Shown here one piece after another: positions 25,521-35,127 of a stretch of 64,000 nt of DNA. Numbering within the stretch: position 1 is the first letter of the stretch; each line of letters begins with the position of its first letter. The notes below the pieces were generated by a model. It was not told the origin of the DNA, ran no database searches, and worked only from the letters and a program-made list of their open reading frames with translations. A program made the position numbers and the translations under genes. The DNA is from Candidatus Nomurabacteria bacterium RIFCSPLOWO2_01_FULL_41_18 (GTDB taxonomy: Bacteria; Patescibacteriota; Minisyncoccia; Phycocordibacterales; UBA9973), in assembly GCA_001785865.1 (NCBI GenBank), contig MFUZ01000003.1:15048-79047 (forward strand). Direction: 5' to 3'.

Positions 25521-26957
25521 ATGAAAAAAGATAGCTTCTATATTACAACCACTATTCCATATGTAAACGCAGATCCCCATATCGGTTTTGCGCTGGAGTT
25601 GGTGCAGGGAGACGCCATCGCCAGATACCAGCGCCTTTATGGTCGTGAAGTCTTTTTCAGCACTGGTACGGATGAATACGGTCAAAAGATCTGGGAAGCA
25701 AGCATAAAAGAAGGGAAAAACGTCCAAGATTATGTTGACCATTATGCGCAAAAATTTATCGATTTGAAGGGAACATTAGATCTTTCTTACGACAATTTCA
25801 TCCGGACGACGAGTAAAGAGCATGTTCGTGCCACCCAAGAATTTTGGAGGCTTTGTGACGTCGCAGGTGATATTTATAAGAAGATATACCGGGGATTATA
25901 TTGCGTGGGGTGTGAGAAATTTCTGACAGAAAAAGATCTGATGGAAGGAGTCTGCTCTCTTCATCCGAATAAAACTCCCGAGATGGTGGAAGAAGAAAAT
26001 TATTTTTTTAAGCTGACCAAGTACAAAGAACAGCTTTTACAATATCTTTCTAATAAAAAAGTTATCATTCCAGAGTGGCGCAGGCAAGAAGCCATAGATT
26101 TTGTAAAAGATGGTATGGAAGATTTCTCCATTTCCCGCAACAAAGAGCGATTTTCTTGGGGCATCCCGATACCTGGGGATGACAAGCAAGTCATGTACGT
26201 CTGGTTTGGCGCTTTTATAAATTATATTTCGACTTTAGGGTGGCCCGACAGTAAGGGAAAGTTTGAAAAATTTTGGCAGGAGGGAAAGAGAATCCAAGTG
26301 GCTGGCAAAGATATGGTGAAATTCCAGTCAGTGATGTGGCAGGGGATGCTCATGTCCGCAGGGATGCCTGCGACCGACGTCGTCGTTTATCACGGCTTTA
26401 TCACTGGTGAGGGTGGAGTCAAGATGTCAAAGTCTCTCGGCAATGTAGTGAGTCCGAATGAAATAGTGAAAGAATACAGTACTGACGCACTGCGCTATTT
26501 TCTTTTACGTGAAATTTCTTCTTTTGAGGACAGTCCGTTTACCATGGAAAGATTTAAAGATGCTTATAATTCAGGCTTGGCAAATGGTTTGGGAAATTTA
26601 GTTTCAAGGATTTTAACTTTGTCAGAAAAATATTTAGAAAAATGTCCGGAGATCCTGGAGCATTCCATGCCGCAAGAATTTAAAGACCACCTGGATAAAT
26701 TTGAAATTCAAAAAGCTGTAAATTTTACCTGGAATGAAATAGGCGCACTCGACCGATTTATCCAGGAGACCGAGCCATTCAAAGTGGTAAAGACCGACAA
26801 AGAAAAAGGGAAAAAGATAATTACTGATATGGTGCTCCGTCTGTACACCATTGCTCGAATGTTAAATCCGATAATGCCGGAAACCAATATTTTGCTCAAA
26901 GCTCTGATCAAAGCGAACAAGAAGCCCGATAAGCCTTTATTCCCCAGAAAAGACTAG
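25521..26957 (+). CDS. metG: methionine--tRNA ligase (minimal form)
   Basis: TIPYVNADPHIGFALELVQGDAIARYQRLYGREVFF aligns to MetRS [38 protein letters not shown]..C zinc knuckle, YVWFGAFINY, and KMSKSLGN. Note HIGF in place of HIGH. Confidence 0.8.
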   Translation: MKKDSFYITTTIPYVNADPHIGFALELVQGDAIARYQRLYGREVFFSTGTDEYGQKIWEASIKEGKNVQDYVDHYAQKFIDLKGTLDLSYDNFIRTTSKEHVRATQEFWRLCDVAGDIYKKIYRGLYCVGCEKFLTEKDLMEGVCSLHPNKTPEMVEEENYFFKLTKYKEQLLQYLSNKKVIIPEWRRQEAIDFVKDGMEDFSISRNKERFSWGIPIPGDDKQVMYVWFGAFINYISTLGWPDSKGKFEKFWQEGKRIQVAGKDMVKFQSVMWQGMLMSAGMPATDVVVYHGFITGEGGVKMSKSLGNVVSPNEIVKEYSTDALRYFLLREISSFEDSPFTMERFKDAYNSGLANGLGNLVSRILTLSEKYLEKCPEILEHSMPQEFKDHLDKFEIQKAVNFTWNEIGALDRFIQETEPFKVVKTDKEKGKKIITDMVLRLYTIARMLNPIMPETNILLKALIKANKKPDKPLFPRKD

Positions 26958-26970
26958 AAGGAAAAATAAT

Positions 26971-27813
26971 ATGCTTCCCAAATACATAGATATACACAGT
27001 CATGTAAATTTCAAAGCCTTCGATGAGGATCGAGATAAAGCCATCCGCCGTGCTTTGGATAGTGGTACTTGGGTTATAAATGTTGGTACGCAGATAGAGA
27101 CCTCAAAAAAGGCTGTAGAAATGGCAAACCAACACGAGGAAGGGGTGTATGCGATTGTAGGTCTACATCCGATACATACTGGCGCTTCGTATCATGATGA
27201 AAAAGAATTGGGCGAAGGTGGTAAAGAATTTACTTCTCGAGGAGAAATTTTTAATAAAGAATCTTACAGAGAACTTTTGAAAGATAAAAAGGTTGTTGGC
27301 ATAGGGGAGTGTGGGCTCGATTATTATCGAATGGATCTGGAATCGATTGAAAAGCAAAAACTCGCTTTTATCGGACAGATTGAGCTCGCGAATGAATTCA
27401 ACAAGCCTCTCATGCTACACATAAGGAATAGCATAAATAAAGAGGGCCCGAGCGCCTACAAGGACGCTTTAGAAATTTTGAAGCAGTATGCCAAGGTAAA
27501 AGGAGACGTACATTTTTTTGCAGGGAACTGGGTCGATGCGAAAGGTTTTTTGGATTTCGGCTTCACCCTTTCTTTTACCGGAGTCATCACCTTTACCCAT
27601 GATTATGATGAAGTCATCAGAAATACTCCGCTCGATATGATATTGTCCGAGACGGATTCGCCATATGTCGCTCCGGTGCCCCATAGAGGCAGGCGCAACG
27701 AGCCGTCATATGTGAAGGAAGTAGCAAAAAGGATTGGTCTTATAAAAAAAATACCAGAGGATGAGGTATTTGTCGCCTTGATTGCTAATGCAAGGCGGGT
27801 ATTTGGCATATAG
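26971..27813 (+). CDS. tatD: TatD-family metal-dependent hydrolase/DNase
   Basis: N-terminal IDIHSHVNF, and GECGLDY. 280-aa TIM-barrel pattern. Confidence 0.8.
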   Translation: MLPKYIDIHSHVNFKAFDEDRDKAIRRALDSGTWVINVGTQIETSKKAVEMANQHEEGVYAIVGLHPIHTGASYHDEKELGEGGKEFTSRGEIFNKESYRELLKDKKVVGIGECGLDYYRMDLESIEKQKLAFIGQIELANEFNKPLMLHIRNSINKEGPSAYKDALEILKQYAKVKGDVHFFAGNWVDAKGFLDFGFTLSFTGVITFTHDYDEVIRNTPLDMILSETDSPYVAPVPHRGRRNEPSYVKEVAKRIGLIKKIPEDEVFVALIANARRVFGI

Positions 27814-27880
27814 ATCCTAATTTTTCGATGTAGCCCCCTCGATCCTTTACTTTCCAGAAGGTTTTTGATAGTATAAAAAA

Positions 27881-28384
27881 ATGCCCGAAAACAATAGTGA
27901 TGTTGCAAATGAAGTGCTAGAGGAAGGAAATTCGCAGGTCTATGAGCTCGGCTATCTTTTGGTGCCGACGATCAAAGAAGAGGATATGCCAATAAGCTAT
28001 GGCAATCTCAAAGAACTTGTTTCTTCTTTTAGGGGCGCCGTCATAGCAGACGAGATGCCAAAAATGATCAATCTTTCCTATACTATGTCCAAAGTCATAT
28101 CGAACGTGCGCAATAAGTTCAGCACAGCGTACTTTGGCTGGGTGAAATTCACCATGGATTCGCAAAAAGTTCTAGAGCTCAAGAAGAATCTTGATCTTGA
28201 TCCGAATTTTATCAGATTCCTGATATTGAAGACGGTTAAAGAAAATACTATTGCCGCGAAAAGATTTATCCGCGGAGACATTTACAAAAAGCCTAAAACC
28301 AAGAAAACTGCTGAAAATGAGACAGCTCTTCCTATAAATAAAGAGGAGATAGATAAAGAGATAGAAGCTTTGATCGCAGCTTAA
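27881..28384 (+). CDS. rpsF: 30S ribosomal protein S6 with N- and C-terminal extensions
   Basis: S6 core (YELGYLLVP...AYFGWVKFTMD...IRFLILKT), in the conserved rpsF-ssb-rpsR order. Confidence 0.7.
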   Translation: MPENNSDVANEVLEEGNSQVYELGYLLVPTIKEEDMPISYGNLKELVSSFRGAVIADEMPKMINLSYTMSKVISNVRNKFSTAYFGWVKFTMDSQKVLELKKNLDLDPNFIRFLILKTVKENTIAAKRFIRGDIYKKPKTKKTAENETALPINKEEIDKEIEALIAA

Positions 28385-28403
28385 TTATTATATAAACATA
28401 ATC

Positions 28404-28856
28404 ATGTATTTAAACAAGGCAATATTAATAGGAAACCTTACCCGTGACCCAGAGCTTCGTTCTTTGCCCTCCGGCGTCAAAGTATGCTCATTTTCTTTAG
28501 CCACGAATCGTGTCTGGAAAGACAAGAACGGCGCACGTCAAGAATCTGCTGATTATCACAATGTCGTAGTTTTCGGACGCCAAGCCGAGACAGTCGCACA
28601 ATATATGAAAAAAGGCAGTTCTATTTTAGTCGAAGGCCGGATGCAGACCAGAAGCTGGGATGATAAGACCAGTGGGGAGAAGAAATATCGCACCGAAGTC
28701 ATTGCTGATCGTACGCAGTTTGGTCCTAGATCAGGCAATACCAATGCAGGGTCAGTTCCAAGCAAATCCGAACCAAGTGTAGCTCCTAAGAATGGAGAAG
28801 TCGACACCATAGAGTATCCGGAGGAAGACATTAATCCAGAAGACATTCCATTTTAA
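28404..28856 (+). CDS. ssb: single-stranded DNA-binding protein
   Basis: OB-fold (NKAILIGNLTRDPELR...ADYHNVVVFGRQAE...VEGRMQTRSW) and an acidic C-terminal tail ending in DIPF. Confidence 0.9.
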   Translation: MYLNKAILIGNLTRDPELRSLPSGVKVCSFSLATNRVWKDKNGARQESADYHNVVVFGRQAETVAQYMKKGSSILVEGRMQTRSWDDKTSGEKKYRTEVIADRTQFGPRSGNTNAGSVPSKSEPSVAPKNGEVDTIEYPEEDINPEDIPF

Positions 28857-28870
28857 TAACTAAAACAAAT

Positions 28871-29071
28871 ATGAAACAAGATTACTTTTCAGCTAACAAT
28901 ATAAAATACATAGATTATAAGGACATAGAGATCTTAAAGAAATTCCTTGGTCCGAACGGCAAGATTGTAGGCCACAAAAGGACGGGAGTCACTTCCAAAA
29001 ATCAACGACAATTGACTTCGGCTATCAAACATGCCCGGTTCCTTGGCTTGCTTCCTTTCGTGATAAAGTAA
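28871..29071 (+). CDS. rpsR: 30S ribosomal protein S18
   Basis: YIDYKDIEILKKFL..GKI......G...K.QR.L..AIK.AR.LGLLPF. Confidence 0.85.
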   Translation: MKQDYFSANNIKYIDYKDIEILKKFLGPNGKIVGHKRTGVTSKNQRQLTSAIKHARFLGLLPFVIK

Positions 29072-29082
29072 AAACTTACCCA

Positions 29083-29160
29083 ACCTCACCTCAATCCTCT
29101 CCTGAAAGGAGAGGAGAAATTCAGCCCCTTCCCCTTTCAGGGGAAGGCGGGGGATGAGGT
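29083..29160. terminator. GC-rich nested hairpins between the convergent rpsR and efp genes (bidirectional terminator)
   Basis: CCTCTCC-TGAAA-GGAGAGG and CCTTCCCC-TTTCA-GGGGAAGG, nested inside CCTCACCTCAATCC..GGATGAGGT. Confidence 0.55.
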
Positions 29161-29741
29161 TAAACCCTCTCCACATATTCTCCAGTTTCTGTATTGATGC
29201 TCACTGTGTCACCTTCGGCGATAAACATCGGAGCGTTAAGAGTGGCTCCATTTTCAAGCGTGATGATCTTGTTGCCTCCTTTGGAGGTGTCTCCGCGCAC
29301 AGCCGGGGGGGCCTCTTTTACTTTGAAATTCATTTTGATAGGTAGGGTGACTTTTATTATTTGTTCAACTTCATCTTCATTTTCCCAAATCACAGCTTCA
29401 GCATTACTGTTTTGTTTCAAAAATTTTTCGGCATTGCCTATCAGCGCTGCGTCCAGTTTAAATCTTTTACTTTTATCTGTCGGGTCGCAGAACCAATACT
29501 CGTTCCGATTGTGGTAAAGGAAGGTGATAAGTTTTTTTTGGATGTCGGCTTCATCAGCTGATTCGGAAACGTGAAAAGTGGCATTGATGGTCTTACCGGA
29601 TATCAATGTCTTCAATTTTACCTGGTTTTGAGGCTTTCTCTGTTGAGTTCGGGCCACATGGGACTCGATGACTTCGCAAGGTTCACCATCGTAAATGATT
29701 ATCTTTTTCTCGCGAATTTCGTTATATTCAAGTTTTGACAT
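29160..29741 (-). CDS. efp: elongation factor P
   Basis: 193 aa; KPGKG-type loop region (RTQQRKPQNQVKLK...) and three OB/KOW-like domains. Confidence 0.85.
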   Translation of the reverse strand: MSKLEYNEIREKKIIIYDGEPCEVIESHVARTQQRKPQNQVKLKTLISGKTINATFHVSESADEADIQKKLITFLYHNRNEYWFCDPTDKSKRFKLDAALIGNAEKFLKQNSNAEAVIWENEDEVEQIIKVTLPIKMNFKVKEAPPAVRGDTSKGGNKIITLENGATLNAPMFIAEGDTVSINTETGEYVERV

Positions 29742-29759
29742 GGCACCATCCTAGCAGAT

Positions 29760-30827
29760 TTAGACTTCCTCCGCAAATTTTTTCAGAATTTCTTTTAAGA
29801 TCTGGTCAGATACTTTCTTTTCCTCTTTCAAGAATTTGCGAGTGGCGTCATAGCCGACTCCCAATTTAACCTTTTCTTTTCCTTCACCTGCCGGTGTATA
29901 GAAATATGAATTTCCGGTTTTTTCAATTATTTTGAATTTCTCTCCGAGAGCCATAATCTCGCCTTCTCTCGATATGCCTTCATTATAGATGATGTCGAAT
30001 TCTGTCTGTTTAAATGGAGCGGCAACCTTGTTTTTTACCACTTTCACGCGGGTGCGGCTTCCGACTACCTCTTCTCCCTTTTTTATCTGGGCGATCTTGC
30101 GAATGTCTAGACGGACCGAAGTATAGAATTTGAGCGCCTTTCCTCCCGGAGTGGTCTCCGGATTGCCGAACATGACACCGATCTGCATTCTGATCTGATT
30201 GATAAATATTACCACTGTTTTAGATTTGGCCACGATCGCAGTGAGCTTCCGGAGTGCTTGTGACATCAGCCGGGCTTGTTTTCCGACATGATACGCACCC
30301 ATATCGCCCTCGATCTCATCTTTTGGGGTGAGCGCCGCCACAGAGTCGACAACAATAACGTCAATTTTTCCTGTTCGTACCAAAGATTCCACTATTTCAA
30401 GTGCCTGTTCGCCGTTGTCCGGCTGGGAAATGAGCAAATTGTTTATATTGACTCCGAGCTTCTTGGTATATTCGGGGTCCATGGCGTGTTCGGCGTCGAT
30501 GTAGGCACAGACTCCGCCTTTATTTTGCGCTTCAGCAACAATGTGTAGGGAGAGGGTGGTCTTGCCCGAAGATTCAGGTCCGAATATCTCGATTATTCGG
30601 CCTCGAGGTATTCCGCCGACTCCTAGCGCCATATCGAGACCTATGGATCCGGTAGGGATCACATTGATATTTACTTTTGGCGAATCGCCGAATTTCATTA
30701 TTGAACCTTCACCGAATTTGGTTTGGATAGCTTTCAAAGTGTCTTCAAGTACTGCTATTCCGATGGTCTTGTCCCCGTCCGCATGACTCGTGTCAGCGTG
30801 TCGGGCAGGCTTTTTCTTGTTTTGCAT
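29760..30827 (-). CDS. recA: recombinase RecA
   Basis: Walker A ([10 protein letters not shown]), L1/L2 loop regions, and [13 protein letters not shown]. Confidence 0.95.
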   Translation of the reverse strand: MQNKKKPARHADTSHADGDKTIGIAVLEDTLKAIQTKFGEGSIMKFGDSPKVNINVIPTGSIGLDMALGVGGIPRGRIIEIFGPESSGKTTLSLHIVAEAQNKGGVCAYIDAEHAMDPEYTKKLGVNINNLLISQPDNGEQALEIVESLVRTGKIDVIVVDSVAALTPKDEIEGDMGAYHVGKQARLMSQALRKLTAIVAKSKTVVIFINQIRMQIGVMFGNPETTPGGKALKFYTSVRLDIRKIAQIKKGEEVVGSRTRVKVVKNKVAAPFKQTEFDIIYNEGISREGEIMALGEKFKIIEKTGNSYFYTPAGEGKEKVKLGVGYDATRKFLKEEKKVSDQILKEILKKFAEEV

Positions 30828-30833
30828 AAATTA

Positions 30834-31265
30834 TTAGGGTTTTAGGTGGTCTATAGACTGTCTGAGACCGAGGCCTCCCAATTCCTCTGTTAATATTAAT
30901 TTATAATTTTTTTCATCCACATAGCCGAATTTATCTTTGGCTGTGATATTCATCACATTATATCCCTCAAGCAGGGTAATCGTTTCGTTGAAATTGCCGT
31001 CCTGATTTATGGAGATCTCTCGGCCATTGATGGTCAAATTTGTGGCGTTTACCGCGTTTCCGGTAATTTTTAAGACTCCGTTTTCAACCTTGATGCCGGA
31101 CTCTGCGGGCATATCGCCTAGATTTACATCCTTTATTCTGACTCCGAAGATCAAATTATGAGAGCCGAAAAACGCATAAGCGACAATGATTATGAAAAAA
31201 GCCGAGAGGCCGATTATTGGTATTATTTTTCTGCTGTTTTTATTCATCTGGTTAGAAACTTGCAT
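30834..31265 (-). CDS. hypothetical membrane-anchored protein (143 aa)
   Basis: N-terminal TM helix (IIPIIGLSAFFIIIVAYAFF) and a beta-rich ectodomain. Co-directional with, and immediately upstream of, recA. Confidence 0.4.
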   Translation of the reverse strand: MQVSNQMNKNSRKIIPIIGLSAFFIIIVAYAFFGSHNLIFGVRIKDVNLGDMPAESGIKVENGVLKITGNAVNATNLTINGREISINQDGNFNETITLLEGYNVMNITAKDKFGYVDEKNYKLILTEELGGLGLRQSIDHLKP

Positions 31266-31306
31266 TGATTACATTATATCAGATATCTCTCGCTTGGCGA
31301 GTTGTG

Positions 31307-33529
31307 TCATATCATGTTTTCTCCACCCTCATTTCTTTGTATCTTTTCCAATACTTCTCTCGGTTTTGCGCCGTCTCCAGGTCCGATCACTCCTTTTTCT
31401 TCCAATTTATCCATCAGCCTCGCTGCTCGGGCGTACCCTAATTTAAGTTTTCTTTGCAGATAAGAGGTCGATGCCTTACCAGCCTCGATGACGCAGGCTC
31501 GCGCTTCCTCGTACATCTCATCGTCATCTTCGGAATCCTCATCATCCAGTGTGCTTTCGAAAATACTTTTATCGGCCGATACTGAACCAGATGTCAGTGT
31601 TATTTCTTCTAGAACTTCGTCTTTATATGCATCTGCCAAATAATTAACGACTTTTTTTACTTCTATTTCTGAAATAAATGCGCTTTGTAGGCGTTCTGGC
31701 TGAGCTTCACCCGAAGAATATAACATGTCACCAGCACCCAAAAGTTTTTCTGCTCCACCAGCATCCAAAATAGTTCTCGAATCCACTTGAGAAGATACTT
31801 TCAAGGCAACACGGGCCGGAATGTTTGCTTTAATGAGTCCGGTAATGATATTTACTTCCGGGCGCTGGGTGGAAAGTATAAGGTGGATACCTACAGCTCG
31901 GGACATTTGTGCCAAACGGACAATGGCTGACTCAAGCTCTCTAGGATATGAACTCATTATGTCTGCTAATTCATCTATTATAATGACAATATATGGCAAT
32001 CGGTCTACACCCACTTCTTCATCTATTCCCTCACTGTTTTTTACCATTTTCTTTTGGTTTTTATCAAAAACATTACTATGATAACTCTCTATGTCTCGAA
32101 CACTTTCGGCTTCCAGTATGTCATAACGACGGTCCATTTCCTTTGCTGCCCATTTTAATGCAAAGATAGTTTTCTTTGCTTCAGTGATAACGGGGGTTAA
32201 TAAATGGGGGATATTGTTATAAAGGGTAAGTTCTACTCGTTTTGGGTCTATTAAAATAAGTTTTAAATCGTCTGGACCATTTCTGTATAAGAGGGAAGTA
32301 ATAATAGAGTGGATAGTTACTGATTTTCCAGATCCAGTCGTGCCTGCGACGAGGCAGTGCGGCATTTTCGCTAGGTTTCCAAAAACCGCTTTACCAGCGA
32401 TGTTTCGACCGAGTGCGATGGTAAGGGCTTTCGCAGAATTTTGGTATTTGTCATCTCCGAGAAGGGTAGCGAGGCCGACTATTGATTTTGATTTGTTTGG
32501 AATTTCAATACCCACTAGCGATTTGCCTGGAATCGGCGCTTCTATTCTGATGGGATGTGCCGCGAGCGACAGAGCCAAGTCGTTTTGTAGTCCTACGATG
32601 CGGGAGAGTTTTACTCCTTCAGCTGGTTTCAATGCATAACGAGTGACAGTCGGGCCGATTGTTATTTCATCCATTTCCACTTCAATGCCAAAGTTTTGAA
32701 GCGTGCGCTTGATTATGTTCGCATTAGCTTTGATGTCTCCCGTATTCGGTTTGCCTTTATCTTCTTCAAGGAGAGCAAGGGGAGGGGGAACGTAATTGGT
32801 ATGGAGGTTGGTCCTAGGCTTCAGTTTCTTGATTTCTATCTCATCTTCGTCCTCTTTCTTTTTTCCTACTCCCAATGCTTTTTTTATCTTTTCTCCCGTG
32901 CTCTCTTCTTCCGCATCTTCGTCGTTCTCTTCCTCATCTTTTGGCAGGGAAGCTACCAGAAGTTTTTCTCCCTCTATTAGTGTTTCTTTCGTTTCACTCG
33001 AATTGTCTGCAGTTTTTTTGTTAGCTCGCAGGTTCCACATCTTTTTGATAAAAGGTATCGGGTTTAGTTCGGTATCAAACAAGACAAGGATTGAAATTAT
33101 TAAAATAGCTCCCAGGAAGATGGTGCTCGCATAGACATCAAATAGAGCGACTAAGGGCGTAGACAAGACCTCACCCAAAATTCCTCCAAAGGGTCCGCCG
33201 GAGATGATGTCTATAATCCCTAAACTAGAGAGCAGGAACAAGATTGCACTCGCGATACTCCTCCATCCGATATCCGGAGTCTTGGATCGGAGAAATGAAA
33301 TTCCGAGCATGATAAAAAGAATAGGGAGAAGGATATAGCCGACACCGAGCAGAATATCGAATTTTTCGTAAACGAATACACCCGCTTTTCCGGTGATGTC
33401 AAAATATGACATTAAAAAAAATAATGCCAGAACAAAAAAAACTATTGCCATGATCCCGTGTTTTGTTTGACTCTTTAATCCAAAATTTTCATTTCCAAAA
33501 TCCTTCTTCTTATTTCCATTTTTCGCCAT
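31307..33529 (-). CDS. ftsK: DNA translocase FtsK/SpoIIIE
   Basis: N-terminal TM helices, an acidic linker, an ATPase domain with Walker A (GTTGSGKSV), and a gamma-domain winged helix (ARACVIEAGKASTSYLQRKLKLGYARAARLMDKLEEKG). Confidence 0.9.
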   Translation of the reverse strand: MAKNGNKKKDFGNENFGLKSQTKHGIMAIVFFVLALFFLMSYFDITGKAGVFVYEKFDILLGVGYILLPILFIMLGISFLRSKTPDIGWRSIASAILFLLSSLGIIDIISGGPFGGILGEVLSTPLVALFDVYASTIFLGAILIISILVLFDTELNPIPFIKKMWNLRANKKTADNSSETKETLIEGEKLLVASLPKDEEENDEDAEEESTGEKIKKALGVGKKKEDEDEIEIKKLKPRTNLHTNYVPPPLALLEEDKGKPNTGDIKANANIIKRTLQNFGIEVEMDEITIGPTVTRYALKPAEGVKLSRIVGLQNDLALSLAAHPIRIEAPIPGKSLVGIEIPNKSKSIVGLATLLGDDKYQNSAKALTIALGRNIAGKAVFGNLAKMPHCLVAGTTGSGKSVTIHSIITSLLYRNGPDDLKLILIDPKRVELTLYNNIPHLLTPVITEAKKTIFALKWAAKEMDRRYDILEAESVRDIESYHSNVFDKNQKKMVKNSEGIDEEVGVDRLPYIVIIIDELADIMSSYPRELESAIVRLAQMSRAVGIHLILSTQRPEVNIITGLIKANIPARVALKVSSQVDSRTILDAGGAEKLLGAGDMLYSSGEAQPERLQSAFISEIEVKKVVNYLADAYKDEVLEEITLTSGSVSADKSIFESTLDDEDSEDDDEMYEEARACVIEAGKASTSYLQRKLKLGYARAARLMDKLEEKGVIGPGDGAKPREVLEKIQRNEGGENMI

Positions 33530-33590
33530 GAAAGTATTTTAACACGGGCTAGAAGTTTCAGCTAGAATCAATTTTTATAATGCAATCTAT

Positions 33591-33652
33591 CTGGCGTTGC
33601 TACGCCAGCGAACTGCTCGCCTCGTCAGCCTGCGCAAGGCATTCTAAAAATT
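33591..33652 (+). repeat. Copy 2 of the ~62-nt conserved noncoding element, in the divergent ftsK / 33733 intergenic region
   Basis: See 215-276. Here the 5' hairpin is CTGGCG-TTGCTA-CGCCAG, against CTCGCAA-AGCT-TTGCGAG in copy 1. Confidence 0.6.
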
Positions 33653-33732
33653 ATTCTGGCTTACACCTTGCCCATCCTTGCTTTTTTCCTTGTCCGATAT
33701 ATAATGGACACACATAACCTACTTACAAGGAC

Positions 33733-34620
33733 ATGAATAAAAACATAAAAGACACTCAATCGTCCATATCCACCCAGTCTTCTAATTTTGGAGAACAGGG
33801 AGCTCTCGTGTCCTTTAGCAAGACCTACCAGCCTGCTATTGTAAATAAGGCCGGCAAGCTGATCACAGCATTGTACATGGTAACGGACGTAATGGACAAA
33901 GAAGAACCGATAAAAAATAAGTTAAGGACATTGGGTACAGAAATCATATCAGACATGCATTCAGTGCCATCGGATATAGATAGTAAAATTACGGAAATCA
34001 TGTCCTTTTTGAATATAGCTACAGCCATGAGCTTTATTTCAGAAATGAATTGCTCTATTCTCAAAAAAGAATTTTCAGTCTTACAACAATCCATAAAAGA
34101 ATCAGCTCAAATGAAGCCTGCCTGGCTCGAGGATTTTTTGGAAGAAGAATTTCCTCCCCTTCTTGATAAGGAGGGGAATGAGGGGAGGTTTCTGGAGAAT
34201 TCACCTCACCCCAACCCTCTCCTTATTAAGCCTGCCCGCCTGGAGCGTTCGGGCGGGGAGAGGGGGAGTCCAATTTCTAAAGGACATGTTAGAATTGGTG
34301 TCCAAAAGAGAGACGCCTTTTTAAAAATTATAAAGGACATGTCCGATAGAAGTATAGTTTCACAAGGTGTTCACACAGGATCTGATTTTGGTGTATTAAA
34401 GAAACAAAGACGCAACGACATCATCAATATGGTGAAGGTTGTTGGCGGGAGTGCTACTATAACGGACATCAGGGACCAAGTTCAGATGGCTCCAGCCCAG
34501 GCCGGCCTGCTCGTTTCTTGCAGTGAAAAAACGTTGCAAAGAGAGTTGATGTCCATGACGAAGGACGGTCTATTGAAGAAGACAGGGGAAAAAAGGTGGA
34601 GCCGGTATTTCATCAAATAA
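33733..34620 (+). CDS. hypothetical protein with a C-terminal winged-helix domain; a GC-rich hairpin repeat is embedded in frame
   Basis: C-terminus ATITDIRDQV...SEKTLQRELMSMTKDGLLKKTGEKRWSRYFIK resembles Fic/RecG-type wHTH tails. Nucleotides 34141-34290 (EEFPPLLDKEGNEGRFLENSPHPNPLLIKPARLERSGGERGSP) are made of CCCCTT..AAGGGG-type hairpins. Confidence 0.45.
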   Translation: MNKNIKDTQSSISTQSSNFGEQGALVSFSKTYQPAIVNKAGKLITALYMVTDVMDKEEPIKNKLRTLGTEIISDMHSVPSDIDSKITEIMSFLNIATAMSFISEMNCSILKKEFSVLQQSIKESAQMKPAWLEDFLEEEFPPLLDKEGNEGRFLENSPHPNPLLIKPARLERSGGERGSPISKGHVRIGVQKRDAFLKIIKDMSDRSIVSQGVHTGSDFGVLKKQRRNDIINMVKVVGGSATITDIRDQVQMAPAQAGLLVSCSEKTLQRELMSMTKDGLLKKTGEKRWSRYFIK

Positions 34621-35127
34621 CCTCTTAAATTCAACCCTCCCATCCTCCCCTTATCAGGGGAGATAGAATGTCGAATCCCCTTAATAAGGGGATTTAGGGG
34701 GTTGTATCTTTTACATTTGCATTTTGCTCAAATTGTGATAATATAGCTTTGTGGGTTTTATTCGCTTAAAAGGCGAGTTATCCACATAATATCTTGCTCT
34801 ATCTTGGAGCTATGTATTATAATAATATTGTGTTTATGTGGCGCGCATTTTATGCGTATCATGTATTCACAAATTATATTTGTTTTCACTTTGATTTTTG
34901 TTTGAGATTTCGTCGAAAAGATTTCAAGCAATGCGGAGAGAAAATAAATGCCCATTGAAAACCGAATAGCTATGTTTTTAATGGTTTAGTTTACATCTGT
35001 TCGTTATTTTAAATCCGTTGCATTATAAATTATTAATAGTTATTAACGGATGAGGAATAATGATAGAAAAAATTGCGCTTTTAGTTTTGTCGAAACTTAT
35101 TAATAGCGTAAAAATTAGAAAAATTAT

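Noticed and set aside
34655-34690. tRNA-like T-arm (TCGAATCCCC) near 34660
   Set aside because: No acceptor, D or anticodon arms can be built. It is one of the CCCCTT/AAGGGG terminator hairpins.
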